Below are positions 50,550-61,812 of a stretch of 64,000 nt of DNA, in pieces. Both the position numbers and the translations under genes were made by a program. A model generated the notes under the pieces. It ran no database searches. It was not told the DNA's origin and saw nothing but the letters and a program-made list of their open reading frames with translations. How positions within the stretch are numbered: the first letter of the stretch is position 1; the number at the start of each line of letters is the position of its first letter. Source of the DNA: Crassostrea angulata (lineage: Eukaryota); NCBI RefSeq assembly GCF_025612915.1, contig NC_069114.1, forward strand, positions 49,706,639 through 49,770,638, given 5' to 3'.

Positions 50550-50764
50550 TGTGTAAATGGGTATGATTTTTATAAAAAGACTTTTTTTTCGAATTGAGGG
50601 TATTATTTAGATCATAATTTATCATTAAAAGACGATTTATGAAAAAGAAGTAAAGACTCGGGGGTTCTGTACCGTGGGGAAGGGGGGGGGGGGGGGGGGG
50701 GGTCCCGTCCTCAAGCACCTGCAACCTATTTGCTTATCATAAGTTTTGTTTTTCTAGTTTCGAA

Positions 50765-50770
50765 TTTATT
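50765..50770 (-). other. AATAAA (minus strand) candidate polyadenylation signal for the T-box gene, about 190 nt after the stop
   Basis: Plus-strand tttatt at 50765-50770. Confidence 0.3.
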
Positions 50771-50957
50771 TTTCCTATACATTACAATAAAAGTACAAGA
50801 TTTCACAAAAGAAATACAAAATATATCACAAAAGAAAACAATGCCCGTAAAAATAATATAAAGTTATCGTAAAAAGAAGGTCAACAAATTGCACTATTAC
50901 ACGTTTCATTGGACGTTACCCTTCTCCCCGCCCATTTCGTTTCCACGTGCTGAAGCA

Positions 50958-51133
50958 CTAAGTGTCTGAGGCGCTGTTGAGCTCAGACAGCCGCGCATGG
51001 TAAGCCACTAGACTGGCGTAGATCCCAGCGTTATAGCGGTAGGCACTCAGTAGATACGGTGACAGCGACACTTTCTTGACGGCAGACTCCCGGTCAGATT
51101 CGGTCACAAAATTTCCCTTCATCTGGATTTCAT
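50958..51133 (-). CDS. T-box gene terminal exon
   Basis: Acceptor ttttgtag. Encodes DEIQMKGNFVTESDRESAVKKVSLSPYLLSAYRYNAGIYASLVAYHARLSELNSASDT followed by TAG, in the same frame as ORF 50958-51179. Confidence 0.6.
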
Positions 51134-51829
51134 CTACAAAATAATAATTAAGATTGCAATAACTTCCAGGAAAAGGCAATGAAAGACACTAAGAGATTAA
51201 AGGGCGTTTCCGTCAGCTGAGCATGTTTACCTTCGTTAGGATGGACCACAATAGACGGACTCGTCCACGGAAAAATCAGGTGAGAATCGCTGATTCCTTT
51301 GCTTCTCTCGTCACTGGCAATGTCACCATCTGAAGAAAATTGAAGATTTGTTAACTGAGACAGAGAACAGACTGTAAATTAACAAACTTGTGAGTGAGGA
51401 AAGTATGACATCATGGCAGTGTTCAAGGTCAAAGTTCACGTCACGTTTAGACCCCGCAGTAGTTATGGTGTATCTATTCGGGGTTTTTTCGAAAGTGTTA
51501 GCATACTAAGGATAATTTGGAATGGGTGAAATGTAAGAAAACGTGTACTATAAATCAACAACAGTTAAATTAGTAATAAACACGTTTATGTTGTTTTTGG
51601 GGTGGTGGTGATTTTGTGCGTGTGTGTGTGGGGGGGGGGGGTTCTTGGTTGAATTTTAATGCTTACCTGTTCCAGTAGAAAAAATTTGGTCAGTCTTGCT
51701 GTCTTTTCCATCTAAGTGCCTTCGTCTCAGTCTTTTGTACCTACAAACACAACAAACCATCAAAGTACTGAAGTACTGAATGCCGGGCTCTTTTGGCGTG
51801 TCTTTATGCATATTGTGTAGTAAAGACTG

Positions 51830-51898
<69 letters not shown>

Positions 51899-53278
51899 CA
51901 ATTCTCTCGAAATTAAAAAAACAACAACAAAATGCCAACATTTTTTACAAAACTTGGCTCTTTGTGTAACTATTTAGTATAGCGGAAGCTTTTACTTTGA
52001 CGCTGTTTGGTTTTTTGTTTACTTTTGAAGTTGTGCTATTTATAGTAACATTGGCGATTTGCCTGTCTACAGCCAGAACTCTGCTTTCAGCAGAGCCAGG
52101 CTAAAAATAGAAAATCTCAATGTGGGCAAATACATGTACATACATTGTTTTACAAAAAGAGTGAATGACTTAAACTCTGTCATTGCGTACAGAGCGAGAT
52201 TCCGGCTAGGAATAGCTTCCCCTTCACATTTATATCTTTCTTATTTCTCATTTATGTCAATAACAACAGCATCATGTCATGAGTGGTTTTATAATATCAA
52301 TACAGAATTTCCCGAGAATATTAAGTAAGTAATAATTATCGGTGTTCAACTCAGTTTATAAGCCATATCGGCGTTTCCGTGTGTTGGCGGACTTGTCAAC
52401 AATGCGTCACCTGTACAAGTCTACGTCATGTCCGGTCACTGACCTTGGTTTGTCCCCGCGGAAGGCTTTAGCGAAGGGATTGTTGAGGATTTTCAGGTGG
52501 GTGATTTTGCTGTTCTGATAGGCTGTCACGGCGATAAAATTCGTCTCTTGCAGCAAAAACCGCGTGAAATTTTCTACTTCCGTCGTGACCTTATTACGTT
52601 TCTGTAACGTAATCCTAATGACGTATTTATGCATAGAATGTAGAAACACCTGAAAAATATCAAACAACATATGTAAATACAAAAAATGCAAACAATCAAT
52701 TGATAATAATCTTATTTAATATAATAGTTTGATTAAACTGTATAGATCTTTATAGATATGGTATGTCATATTAATGGGAGAACGCAACCTCTGACCAGCG
52801 CCACGGACAACTACCATGCCTTTAGTGACTTGCTTTCATGGTAATATATTTACATCACTAAGCATGATTCCCTCTATTTTTTTTATAGAAAATGATTGAA
52901 TCACCAAACAAAGCATTTTATAGTTTAAATAAATGCTGGAAGTTTCTTACGTTTTCCGGGTTAGACTCCAGGCTGTTTGTGAGTTTGACTCGGGCGAACG
53001 AGATTTTCCGAGCCATCCACAGGGAGCCAGGGCTGGGGCTTTCGGGGTGTACATAGGGGGCGTTCTCTTGCTGCGGTTCAGCGACCCCTACCGGCATCCA
53101 GGAGTCATTGAAAAATTTGAATCTTCGCTTATCCGCCGGAAGTATGTCTAACAAGACATCGTAAATACCTTCCGGGTCCAGACCGGAAACAGATATATAC
53201 AGGTACGGGAACATTCTTCTGGAATATTAAGGAGTAAAGCTGCGTGTAAATAATTAGTATCAATGAGAGAGAGAGAGA

Positions 53279-53330
<52 letters not shown>

Positions 53331-55142
53331 CGTATAGATATTAGTTCGTAATAGATGATACTTTGATACATTTAGTACGTGCATAACTATATCAGGCATG
53401 GGGTAATCGTAATCGAGTAATCGTAATCGATTGTAATGATTACTCTTTTTGGAGTAATCGACAGTAATCTGTAATCGAAGAGATTTTCGATTACTTGTAA
53501 TCGTAATTTAATCGATTACAGCCAAAAAGTTCAGTGTAATTATAATTACTTTTTCGATTACTTTCGATTACTCTTTACATAAACATATTGTGATGCACAT
53601 ATTGTATGAAAAATGCTCCTCAAGTGTTGTTTATAATACATTTGATAAAATATAAAATAAAATTGTTTACATTCATTTTTTATGATTTTCCATTTTCACT
53701 TAAAATATAACTATTGGTTCAAATGTCATTGAGTATATAATCAAATAATCAGTTCACTCTGTTTTTCACACTTCCTTGCAGAATTTTTTGATTATTTAAC
53801 CTAGTGTGGCTTAGAAATATCACTAAGCTACTGACCATTATTTAAAGAGGGATAGAAAGAGGGAGAGAAAGAGAGAGAGAGGTTATATTTAGTGTCTTTT
53901 TTGCCAGAGAAAAAACAAAAGGGTGTGTAAGTGTCAGTAAGTGTGTTTGTTCTTGCCAGGTAAGAAATGCACGAAGCACTTAATGAGGTGTGACCACCCT
54001 AATCATGTTAAAAAAACTCAGTTTAGATAACAATTGAAATAACCCCAACAAGGATCTATTAAATCAGAACAATTATAAGCTTCAAACCCAATTCATTCAA
54101 ATCATGAAGCAAGGTTCCCTCAAAGTTCTTTGGATATTGCCGATGATATTTTCAAAATTATAAAATTTTAATCTAATTCCTATTGTAGAGAAATTATCAA
54201 TAACAACAGAAGATTATGATGTTAATGGTGCAAGGTCAAGATTTCATACAAAGTCGTTAACTTCCAAGAAAAACCTTTGTTTTCATAATTTAAATGACAG
54301 TGCTTTCTTTATAATTGCTTATGATTTAAATAAACCGTAGAAATTATAAAATGTTATCTTATTAAAATTGAAATATAAAGTCTGAAATTTTCATATCATT
54401 CATATAATGAAAATACATCTTTAATAAAACCAAATTAACTTGAAGAGTTTATATGATATGTTCTGAAGAGGTACATGTACCATGCACATTTTAATGAATT
54501 ATTTTTAGAGTAATCGATTATTAATCGATTACATGTTATAAAGTAATCGATTACAATCGATTACTGGACAAAAATGAGTGTAATCGATTAATAATCGATT
54601 ACACAAAATTGCCCTATGTAATCGATTATTAATCGATTACATTTTTGAGTAATCGTGCCCATGCCTGAACTATATATTATTTCTTATATTTTGTATATGT
54701 TAATATGTATTCTTTGTATCTGATGAACCATTTGGCTAAAGGAATAAGTAAACTAAATTAAGCAGGGATGAAGTAGTTGAAAAAATATTCGTAATTGAGC
54801 GTTAATTACTTTTTCCAAAGTATTATAAAGTAATTTGTGATTGAGTCTCTCGATGATTACAAGTAATTTAATGCATTTCAACCATTCCAAAAAGTTCATG
54901 TATTTTCAATTAACCACTATCCGCTGGATTGAACAAGCAAATACTAACACTTGTATTTTTACGCGAGACATACACTGATTGAGATCGATTCGTCATTTTG
55001 ACACCATTATACAAATGTCACCGATTTTGCAGAGGTGTGGACGTCTAACAGTTGGTTATCACGTTGTATAAATGTAGGTTTAATTGTTTTATAAACATTG
55101 TTATGTCATGGAATTATTAAAATCGAAATGTATCATATACCC

Positions 55143-55176
<34 letters not shown>

Positions 55177-57079
55177 CTATCAAGGTTTAACTTGAAGACA
55201 CTGTAATTCAATAAAAACTGCATTGAAAAAAAATTATAAAAGTAAGATGTTGTTAAGAAAAGACAACCAGGCCTAACCTAACGAAGAAAACGAAAAATAA
55301 TTATTCTGCTGCTCCGAAACTCCGAGAAAAAGTGCGTCCAAAATCGGGAGTTCATCCAACCCTTATCTGCCCCTCTCCCCCTTACTCGTGGTGAACACGA
55401 TATATTAGTTTGCAATTAATTTTTTTAAATATTTCCATACGTATTCCCTTCGTTGCCTCCAAAATAAAAAAATAAATATAGATTTATTTGGTACCTTATA
55501 AGTTTTTAATAAACATAAGCTTTTAAAGCTGCTTGGTCCGATTTTTTTGTAATTACAGAATCAAATTTTTTTTCCATACAAATCATTTATCTTAGGAAGT
55601 TATGGACTTTCTCCTATTTACACCAGCAGAATCAGTCTCCTTTCAAAGTTAGAAATATTTAAAGTAAATAAAAATAATTTCTCTTTGGGCAAACGAAAAA
55701 ACAAACCAAAATGCATCACGGGAATGTTTAGAAAAGGAAACCACGTGGTTTCGTCCCCCGAATGATTGGGGTTATTCAACCCGCATGCTATGCATCGATT
55801 GTAAAGAAAGCAGACTTTGGAAATATTAGTGAACAAAACATACACATGTTTATTTGTAATTTGTCTGATCATTTCGACCTTTATTTAAAGCGATGTCAAA
55901 GTCGTAATACAACTATACCCTTCTCGTCGTCAGGGGTGAAACTTAACATGAGGCGAAATAACGCGGTACCATTTAATGTCGTTTGTTTTGTTAGCAAATT
56001 TTGTACGTATTTTTCTTCATTGAAATTTGACATAATTGACGGGTAAAACTACTGCAATGTCTATTATTATACATATACTAAGCATAGCCATCGTTTAAAA
56101 GCGTGCATAAAATTTGACATAAAATCGGACCAAGCAGCTTTAAACGGCAATAAAAGAATTCGCCGTCCATATGTTAGACACTGACCTTCCGCCTCGGTTG
56201 ATGATCATCTCGGTCTGGATTTCGTTGAATGCCATCCACAGGTGCGCGTCCAGCACGCTCACCCTCAACCCCTCCTGCTCATAAGACAAGTTCCCAGGAG
56301 TGTCTATCCCCGGGGGTAACTGCTGGTCGGGCGCCCACTCCCCCTGGGTCGGGGTGTGTCTCCCGCCGTTCTTTGTTGCCTCCCCCTGTAGCCTGAGTAG
56401 TTCGCGCTGTGGACTTTCGGCAGAGCGCGGGTCCCGATACAGCGGTGACTTGATGACGCATTGTTGTGTAGTCTGGGTTCTGTCCTCCTCCTTTGGGATC
56501 CCAGTGTGTGAAGGGTAATCAAGGCCCGATGCCGTTCTCATAGATGTGTTTACCAATTCGACAGAGTCTTTGTGATAGGTAGTCTCAAAATACCTGCACC
56601 TCGGATTACCAACATCCTCTAACGACGGACGCACACCTGTCAGAACCACCCCACCGTGGTCCGCACCTCGCACTGCGTCCTCCTCAGGGGGCTGTAGGCG
56701 CGGGCATTCAGGGTGGTATTCCTCCCTTTGTCGCGATGGTGGGAAATACTGAGCATTGTCAAACGGGATTTCTGGAATGACTTTTTTAGTCGTCAGGTCA
56801 AGTGGCTGAAAAAAGTATATTTTACTCAATAATGATACTATACAAGCTATACAAGCTGCTATAATTTCATGCTGCGTAATCAAAAAAAGTAATCCACACA
56901 AAACCCAGAGGTATATGCTTTGAAGAAAAAAAAATAAACAAAATATACAAAATCTTTGGCTGCGTTTATATTCACCCTGCTTTGTTTCATTTTCAACATG
57001 TGTAAAATAAGCACAATCCAAACTTTCTTAAATCATAAAATCTTACCTCTTCCATTGCAGCAAAACGATCTCTCGCCAT
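50958..57079 (-). CDS. T-box transcription factor (divergent; mixes Tbx6-like and Tbr/Eomes-like motifs); gene span, 6 coding exons, about 461 aa
   Basis: Exons on the minus strand are 57047-57079 (MARDRFAAMEE), 56186-56805, 53218-52951, 52649-52444, 51313-51231 and 51133-50958. The T-box domain reads LWMAFNEIQTEMIINRGGR|RMFPYLYISVSGLDPEGIYDVLLDILPADKRRFKFFNDSWMPVGVAEPQQENAPYVHPESPSPGSLWMARKISFARVKLTN...|VFLHSMHKYVIRITLQ...FLLQETNFIAVTAYQNSKITHLKILNNPFAKAFRGDKP. The intron inside GGRRMFP is at a classic T-box intron position. Phases are consistent (0,2,0,2,1) and the total is 1386 nt including TAG. Confidence 0.75.
51231..51313 (-). CDS. T-box gene exon 5 (tentative)
   Basis: This is the only acceptor (cattgccag) that keeps the frame open between exon 4 (phase 2) and the terminal exon. 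It encodes (S)DERSKGISDSHLIFPWTSPSIVVHPNE with donor G|gtaaac. The polypyrimidine tract is weak. Confidence 0.4.
51761..52104. repeat. Interspersed/duplicated segment, copy 1 (in T-box intron 4); includes the (CT)n tract at 51834-51894
   Basis: About 90 percent identical to 61151-61812 apart from a 350-bp indel. Shared blocks are caaagtactgaagtactgaa.gccgggctcttttgg.gtgtct.aatgcatattgtgtagtaaagactgaaaatct(CT)n and aattctctcgaaattaaaaaaa...ggctctttgtgt...tatagcggaagctttt.ctttgacgctgtttggttttttgtttacttttgaagttgtgctatttatag.aacattggcgatttgcctg...cagcca..actctg...agcagagcc.ggctaaaaat. Confidence 0.6.
51834..51894. repeat. (CT)30 microsatellite
   Basis: Direct. Confidence 0.9.
52444..52649 (-). 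CDS. T-box gene exon 4
   Basis: Acceptor ttttcag. Encodes VFLHSMHKYVIRITLQKRNKVTTEVENFTRFLLQETNFIAVTAYQNSKITHLKILNNPFAKAFRGDKP. Donor AG|gtcagt. Confidence 0.8.
52951..53218 (-). CDS. T-box gene exon 3
   Basis: Acceptor attccag. Encodes (R)RMFPYLYISVSGLDPEGIYDVLLDILPADKRRFKFFNDSWMPVGVAEPQQENAPYVHPESPSPGSLWMARKISFARVKLTNSLESNPEN. Donor AAC|gtaaga. Confidence 0.8.
53266..53327. repeat. (GA)n microsatellite 48 bp upstream (in the intron) of T-box exon 3
   Basis: Direct. Confidence 0.9.
53393..54667. mobile_element. Non-autonomous hAT-like DNA transposon (1275 bp) with 8-bp TSD AACTATAT, in T-box intron 2
   Basis: Left terminus is CAGGCATGGGGTAATCG. Right terminus is GAGTAATCGTGCCCATGCCTG, whose reverse complement begins CAGGCATGGG. 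Both are flanked by perfect direct repeats AACTATAT (53385-53392 and 54668-54675). Both subterminal regions are packed with the palindrome GTAATCGATTAC, with about 20 TAATCGATTA copies. The internal 0.9 kb has no long ORF. Confidence 0.6.
56186..56805 (-). CDS. T-box gene exon 2 (N-terminal region and start of T-box)
   Basis: Acceptor ttttttcag|CCACTTGAC. It forms the lower part of ORF 56140-57021, whose N-terminal 70 aa are intronic. It ends ...TEMIINRGG(R) at the donor AG|gtcagt. Confidence 0.75.
57047..57079 (-). CDS. T-box gene exon 1 (start codon; short)
   Basis: tctgcATGGCGAGAGATCGTTTTGCTGCAATGGAAGAG|gtaaga. It is in frame with exon 2, but support is modest because the exon is short. 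Confidence 0.45.
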
Positions 57080-58059
57080 GCAGACTTCACACTCTTGAAT
57101 GTGAGAGATATTGCATTAGGGCATAATATGTACGTGACACTCGGGAGAGGTGTTAATAGTCTACAGTATACCCGAAGTGTGAAACCCACTACGTACAGCC
57201 AGCTCGTCAAGCAATGCCGTATAAAGTGGTAATTACGGCACACAGCACACAACAGACGACGACGATTTTTTTAACAGTTTGAAGGTAACGACACTGATTT
57301 CAATGGTCATACTCTCGATCTTTTTGTTTGCTGGGAGGGTCGCGATTCACACCTCTGGGAGTTAAGCGTAATCACAGTGGTCTATATCTTGGACCAGGGG
57401 CTCTCTCACGAAACTGCGACGAGGGTGAGAATTTCATCGTACAGACAAGCTCTGGATCCATGAGCGGCGTCACAATTTACACGTGGAACACGAGAAATAT
57501 AAAGTCTTGTCACAAAATGAAGAAAAAAATCATCTTTGACAACAACGAGTCCATTTTATTAATTAAATGCTAAACACCCAGAGTCCTTGTACATACACGG
57601 TAACTTGTCTTGTTCTCAGATCAAATAACCTAAAAAGCATTTGTTGACGCATGCGTCAAGGCGACAGTACCAGTCTTCTGTAATGAAATTTCTCGCTCAT
57701 GGCGAATTAACATGTAATGAAGCGACCATTTTCTTTTGTTTAAGACACGATTTTCTTCCCCTCCCAAGAACAGCCTTTCACATCCGCCGTTCCTTTACAC
57801 CTCCTGGGTAGCGCTGCAGCTTCGAGGTGTAGAGTCTGCCTCCCTCGCTCCTTCAATTGACGCGGTCTTTCGGTCTTTGACGCCTGGGGTGATGGAAATG
57901 ATTTGATTGTTCTTTACAGACCACTCTCACAATGAATACGACATTGACGCCCCTTGTGAGATTTCTTGCATATAAACCTACTCTGTTATTATAAATTAAT
58001 AATGGAGAGAAGTAAGGGGATACGCGTTACTAATACCAAGAGTTTATTTTTTACAGATG

Positions 58060-58440
58060 ACATGTTATATGTACAAATAACGAAAGGTAACGATAACTAT
58101 AAATAAATGACAGATTACACGTACAAATAACGAAAGGTAACGATAACGATAAATAAATAACAGATTACACGTACAAATAACGAAAGGTAACGCTATCGAT
58201 AAATAAATGACAGGTTACACGTACAAATACGAAAGGTAACGATAACGATAAATAAATAACAGGTTACACGTACAAATAACGAAAGGTAACGATAACGATA
58301 AATAAATAACAGGTTTCACGTACAAATAACGAAAGGTAACGATAACGATAAATAAATAACATGTTACACGTACAAATAACGAAAGGTAACGCTAACGATA
58401 AATAAATAACAGAAGTAACGGTGAATAAATGACGATACAC
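58060..58440. repeat. Minisatellite, about 6 copies of a 60-bp unit (ttacacgtacaaataacgaaaggtaacgataacgataaataaataacagg)
   Basis: Tandem array. Confidence 0.85.
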
Positions 58441-59155
58441 GTTAAACAAAAGACCGTCATGGTTTGGCGGTTACCTGAGTAACATAGCCCATAAATAGAC
58501 GTCTTAGGAAGTTTCTTGTTCGCAGTTTTAGCTTCGTTTTGGAGTCTAACTCCTACTCCCAGGTCCTCTGACTGTTACCCCGCTTTTATTATTTGATGTT
58601 TGCAAACACAAATTAATTTTTTTTTTAAAAGGGGGGGGGGGGGGGTCGGGCGAATCTCGGATTTTCTATATCTTAGCTTAAGATGTAAAACATCTCAAAA
58701 CTCGGGGTTCATGGCGTTCACAATTTCAGCAGAGGGCTTCATAGGTACCATTTAGATTTTTTCTACATGATTTGTGGAAAAGAGAGACAGAATTTTGAAA
58801 ATTTGGCCTTTTTTGCATTTTTGGTCCCGCCATGAGCCCTGGGGTGGTAAAGTCGTAAACTTTACAATTTAGATTCCTCTTATCTTGATGCATACCAAAA
58901 CGGTAACAATTGGCATTGTAGTTTTCAGTAACTTGAAAATGTAAACTTGTTTACGGACGATGCACGACGCCTGACGACGGACAAAGTCAAAGGTAGAAGG
59001 TCACCTGAGTAACTCACGTGTCCTAAAAACTGAGGAAAAACAATAAACAGAGAAGGAGTTCACATCATAATGACACCAAGAAAAGACACAATATAGAACC
59101 CAACTTCTGCCTTCTCTGCCACCCAAATTATGAAAGTTCTTCATAACATTTTAAG

Positions 59156-59347
59156 GAATGAATTCAATATCTTATAGTTTTATACGATTTAAAATGGTTT
59201 GGGACAGCTTACGCTTTATAAACCGCGAAGTAGTTTATAAAAAAGCGTAAGCTGCCCCAAACCATTTTATATCGTATAAAACTATAAAGCGTAAGCTGCC
59301 CCAAACCATTTTATATCGTATAAAACTATGAAATATTGAATTCATTC
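59156..59347. mobile_element. MITE-like inverted-repeat element (arms about 62 bp) with internal partial duplication
   Basis: The arm ggaatgaattcaatatcttatagttttatacgatttaaaatggtttgggacagcttacgcttt pairs with aaagcgtaagctgccccaaaccattttatatcgtataaaactatgaaatattgaattcattc. Confidence 0.4.
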
Positions 59348-60040
59348 GTAATAATTTAATTTTTTGCTATTAATTGTAGATAAAAACAGTCCTTTGACCT
59401 TTAAAATGACATCTAATTGTGAAAAATTCAAACGTAACGTCAGGCGGATTAATACAATTTTGACGATAGTCGTACTATGACGTAGGCAACATTCTCTATA
59501 AAATATTTTTTTAGCCAATCCGAAAGCGCGTTACAACCAGAATTAAATTATTCCAAAATAAAACAAAAATATAACGGTTTTATAGTAAATAAACACATTG
59601 TATTGAAGATTCGGAAAAGCTTTGATTGAAATGAAAGTTGAACAAGCGAAGCTGAGTTGAAATGGTACACTACTGACTAGATCGAATGCGTACATTTATT
59701 TTCAAAGGATCAAAATAAACCTAACACAAAGGCTTTATAAAGGTCAAAAAATGATGGGTAAAATTCTTGTTATTTATTGCTGCATAGAAATGTGATCGTT
59801 TAATTACAACTCGATTCTTTTTATTTGTGTAAGGAAGGTGTGATATTGGAAAAGACACTACGGCTGTTATAAAATAAATATAAAAACAGACTGATAGAAG
59901 AATGGACACCAAGGATAATGTCATGATTTGCAATGGTAAAGAGTTAATGACTCGACTTTCCAGAATGTTCCATGGGCAATAACTTCAAAAGTCTAACTCA
60001 CGGTTTAAAATACCTCGTAAGTTGTGATTTATCAACAGTA

Positions 60041-60262
60041 TACTGTGGAATCATTAAATTTCGTGGTGGCTCAATTTTCGTGGAATTCGTGGGTACCTCT
60101 CATCCACGAAATAACATCCGCCACGAATTGATAAAGTAGAGTAATAAAGTCATGTTTCCTTTTGTAGATATATAAGAATACACGAAATTACGTCCAACGA
60201 ACCTGTAAAATTTAAGCCATCCACGAAAATTGGCCCCCACTAAATTTAATGATTCCACAGTA
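60041..60262. mobile_element. MITE, family B (TIR TACTGTGGAATCATTAAATTT)
   Basis: The left arm tactgtggaatcattaaatttcgtggtggctcaattttcgtgga and the right arm tccacgaaaattggcccccactaaatttaatgattccacagta form inverted arms of about 45 bp. Confidence 0.5.
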
Positions 60263-61150
60263 CACTAACTGCGTTCTTTTATTTTATATCGATTAACAAA
60301 TTTTAGATAAAACACGCAGAAAATAGTGTACATAAAACAACACTTACAACAACAAAAACTAGTTTTATCATTTACATGATTTCCTTGAACTTTTTAAAAC
60401 GCCTTTCATCGCCGAAATTTTTCTCAAATGTACGCTTTTGAACAAACTGCCAATTCCCCCTTCACACAAACCTTACTGCACTAAGTTGAAAATCATGCAT
60501 AATGAAACTTTATGTGTACATCAAGTTTTACATAGGCCCCCTGTAAGAAACGGCGAGCATTACATTCCTGAGAGTGTAAGAATATAGTACACAGTATAAG
60601 ATTTTTTTGAGAGTCGGAAAATATTTTATTTCAGAAGGGGATAAGGTATCATAAGATAAAGTAAACTAAGGTAAGGTTAAGTAACGTCATGCGAAGCAAT
60701 GTAAGACACTTGCCCACCTCCCGCGTAAAATAGGCGCTGAATCAGAAACAGACCAAACAATGACAAATCTCTGTTTTCATTCAAGCACTATGACTCATAA
60801 TCACTTTTGTCGTTATTAAACAATAAAATGCTATAGGAATCATTGCAGAATTTATTTTTATCATACCTCAGTTTGATTCTTCTCTATAACATATAACGCG
60901 ACATCTGATTGGTTCTAGACAATCATGTCCCAGGAAAATAAAACTTCATTTTTCCCTGTAATCGTCATATTTTTCCTCATATCCAACCCACTCATATTTT
61001 CATTCCATGCCTATAAAAAATCCCGAGGATAAGCATACGATGTATATCTTTAAGGTATCCCACTCCTCAATGTTGTTAACTTGTATCAAGAATATCTTGA
61101 GAAGTATTTCACGTATATCATTGAAATTTGTAGACAAAACTTACTTAAAT

Positions 61151-61228
61151 CAAAGTACTGAAGTACTGAAAGCCGGGCTCTTTTGGTGTGTCTTAATGCA
61201 TATTGTGTAGTAAAGACTGAAAATCTCC

Positions 61229-61259
<31 letters not shown>

Positions 61260-61812
61260 GCATTTAATGTCGGCAGAGCGTCAAAGAGCGACCAACTTTT
61301 GCAAGCGGCTATAAACAAAAATATGTCTGTCTAGTAGAAAAAAATTTAACAGTTGCTGCCTTGAATTTTGCAAGAAGCGTTATATATTCAATCCCCATTT
61401 CTTTACGCGCAGCAAAGTAGTTCATGGAAATTCATGCGCAGTGTATCTGTCCAAAATGCATAGTCTCGTTTTTAAAACACGTTAATAATAAGAAAACTAA
61501 ACAAATGTTATATAAATACTAAACCAAACTTCAAGTTTTTATAAGAACTACTTATGCAAGCGGAATGTGTGCGCACGTGGAAACATTTGCCGGATGCCTC
61601 ATTTGAACACAACAATTCTCTCGAAATTAAAAAAAAATGCCAACACTTTTGACAAATCTTGGCTCTTTGTGTCACAATTTGGTATAGCGGAAGCTTTTCT
61701 TTGACGCTGTTTGGTTTTTTGTTTACTTTTGAAGTTGTGCTATTTATAGCAACATTGGCGATTTGCCTGCATACAGCCAGGACTCTGTTGAAAGCAGAGC
61801 CCGGCTAAAAAT
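61151..61812. repeat. Interspersed/duplicated segment, copy 2 (about 4 kb upstream of the T-box TSS), with a 350-bp internal insertion relative to copy 1
   Basis: See 51761-52104. Relative to copy 1 it carries an extra segment at about 61254-61607 and a shorter (CT)n at 61225-61253. Confidence 0.6.

Noticed and set aside
56806-57021. N-terminal 72 aa of ORF 56140-57021 (MDCAYFTHVENE...FCLFFFLQSIYLWVL...)
   Set aside because: This stretch is hydrophobic junk upstream of a strong acceptor (ttttttcag at 56806-56814). The real exon starts at 56805 and the start codon lies in the short upstream exon at 57079.
59156-59347. TTAA target-site duplication (piggyBac-like) for the 59156 MITE
   Set aside because: The left flank ends ttttaag and the right flank begins gtaataa. 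No unambiguous identical flanking duplication could be established, so no superfamily is claimed.
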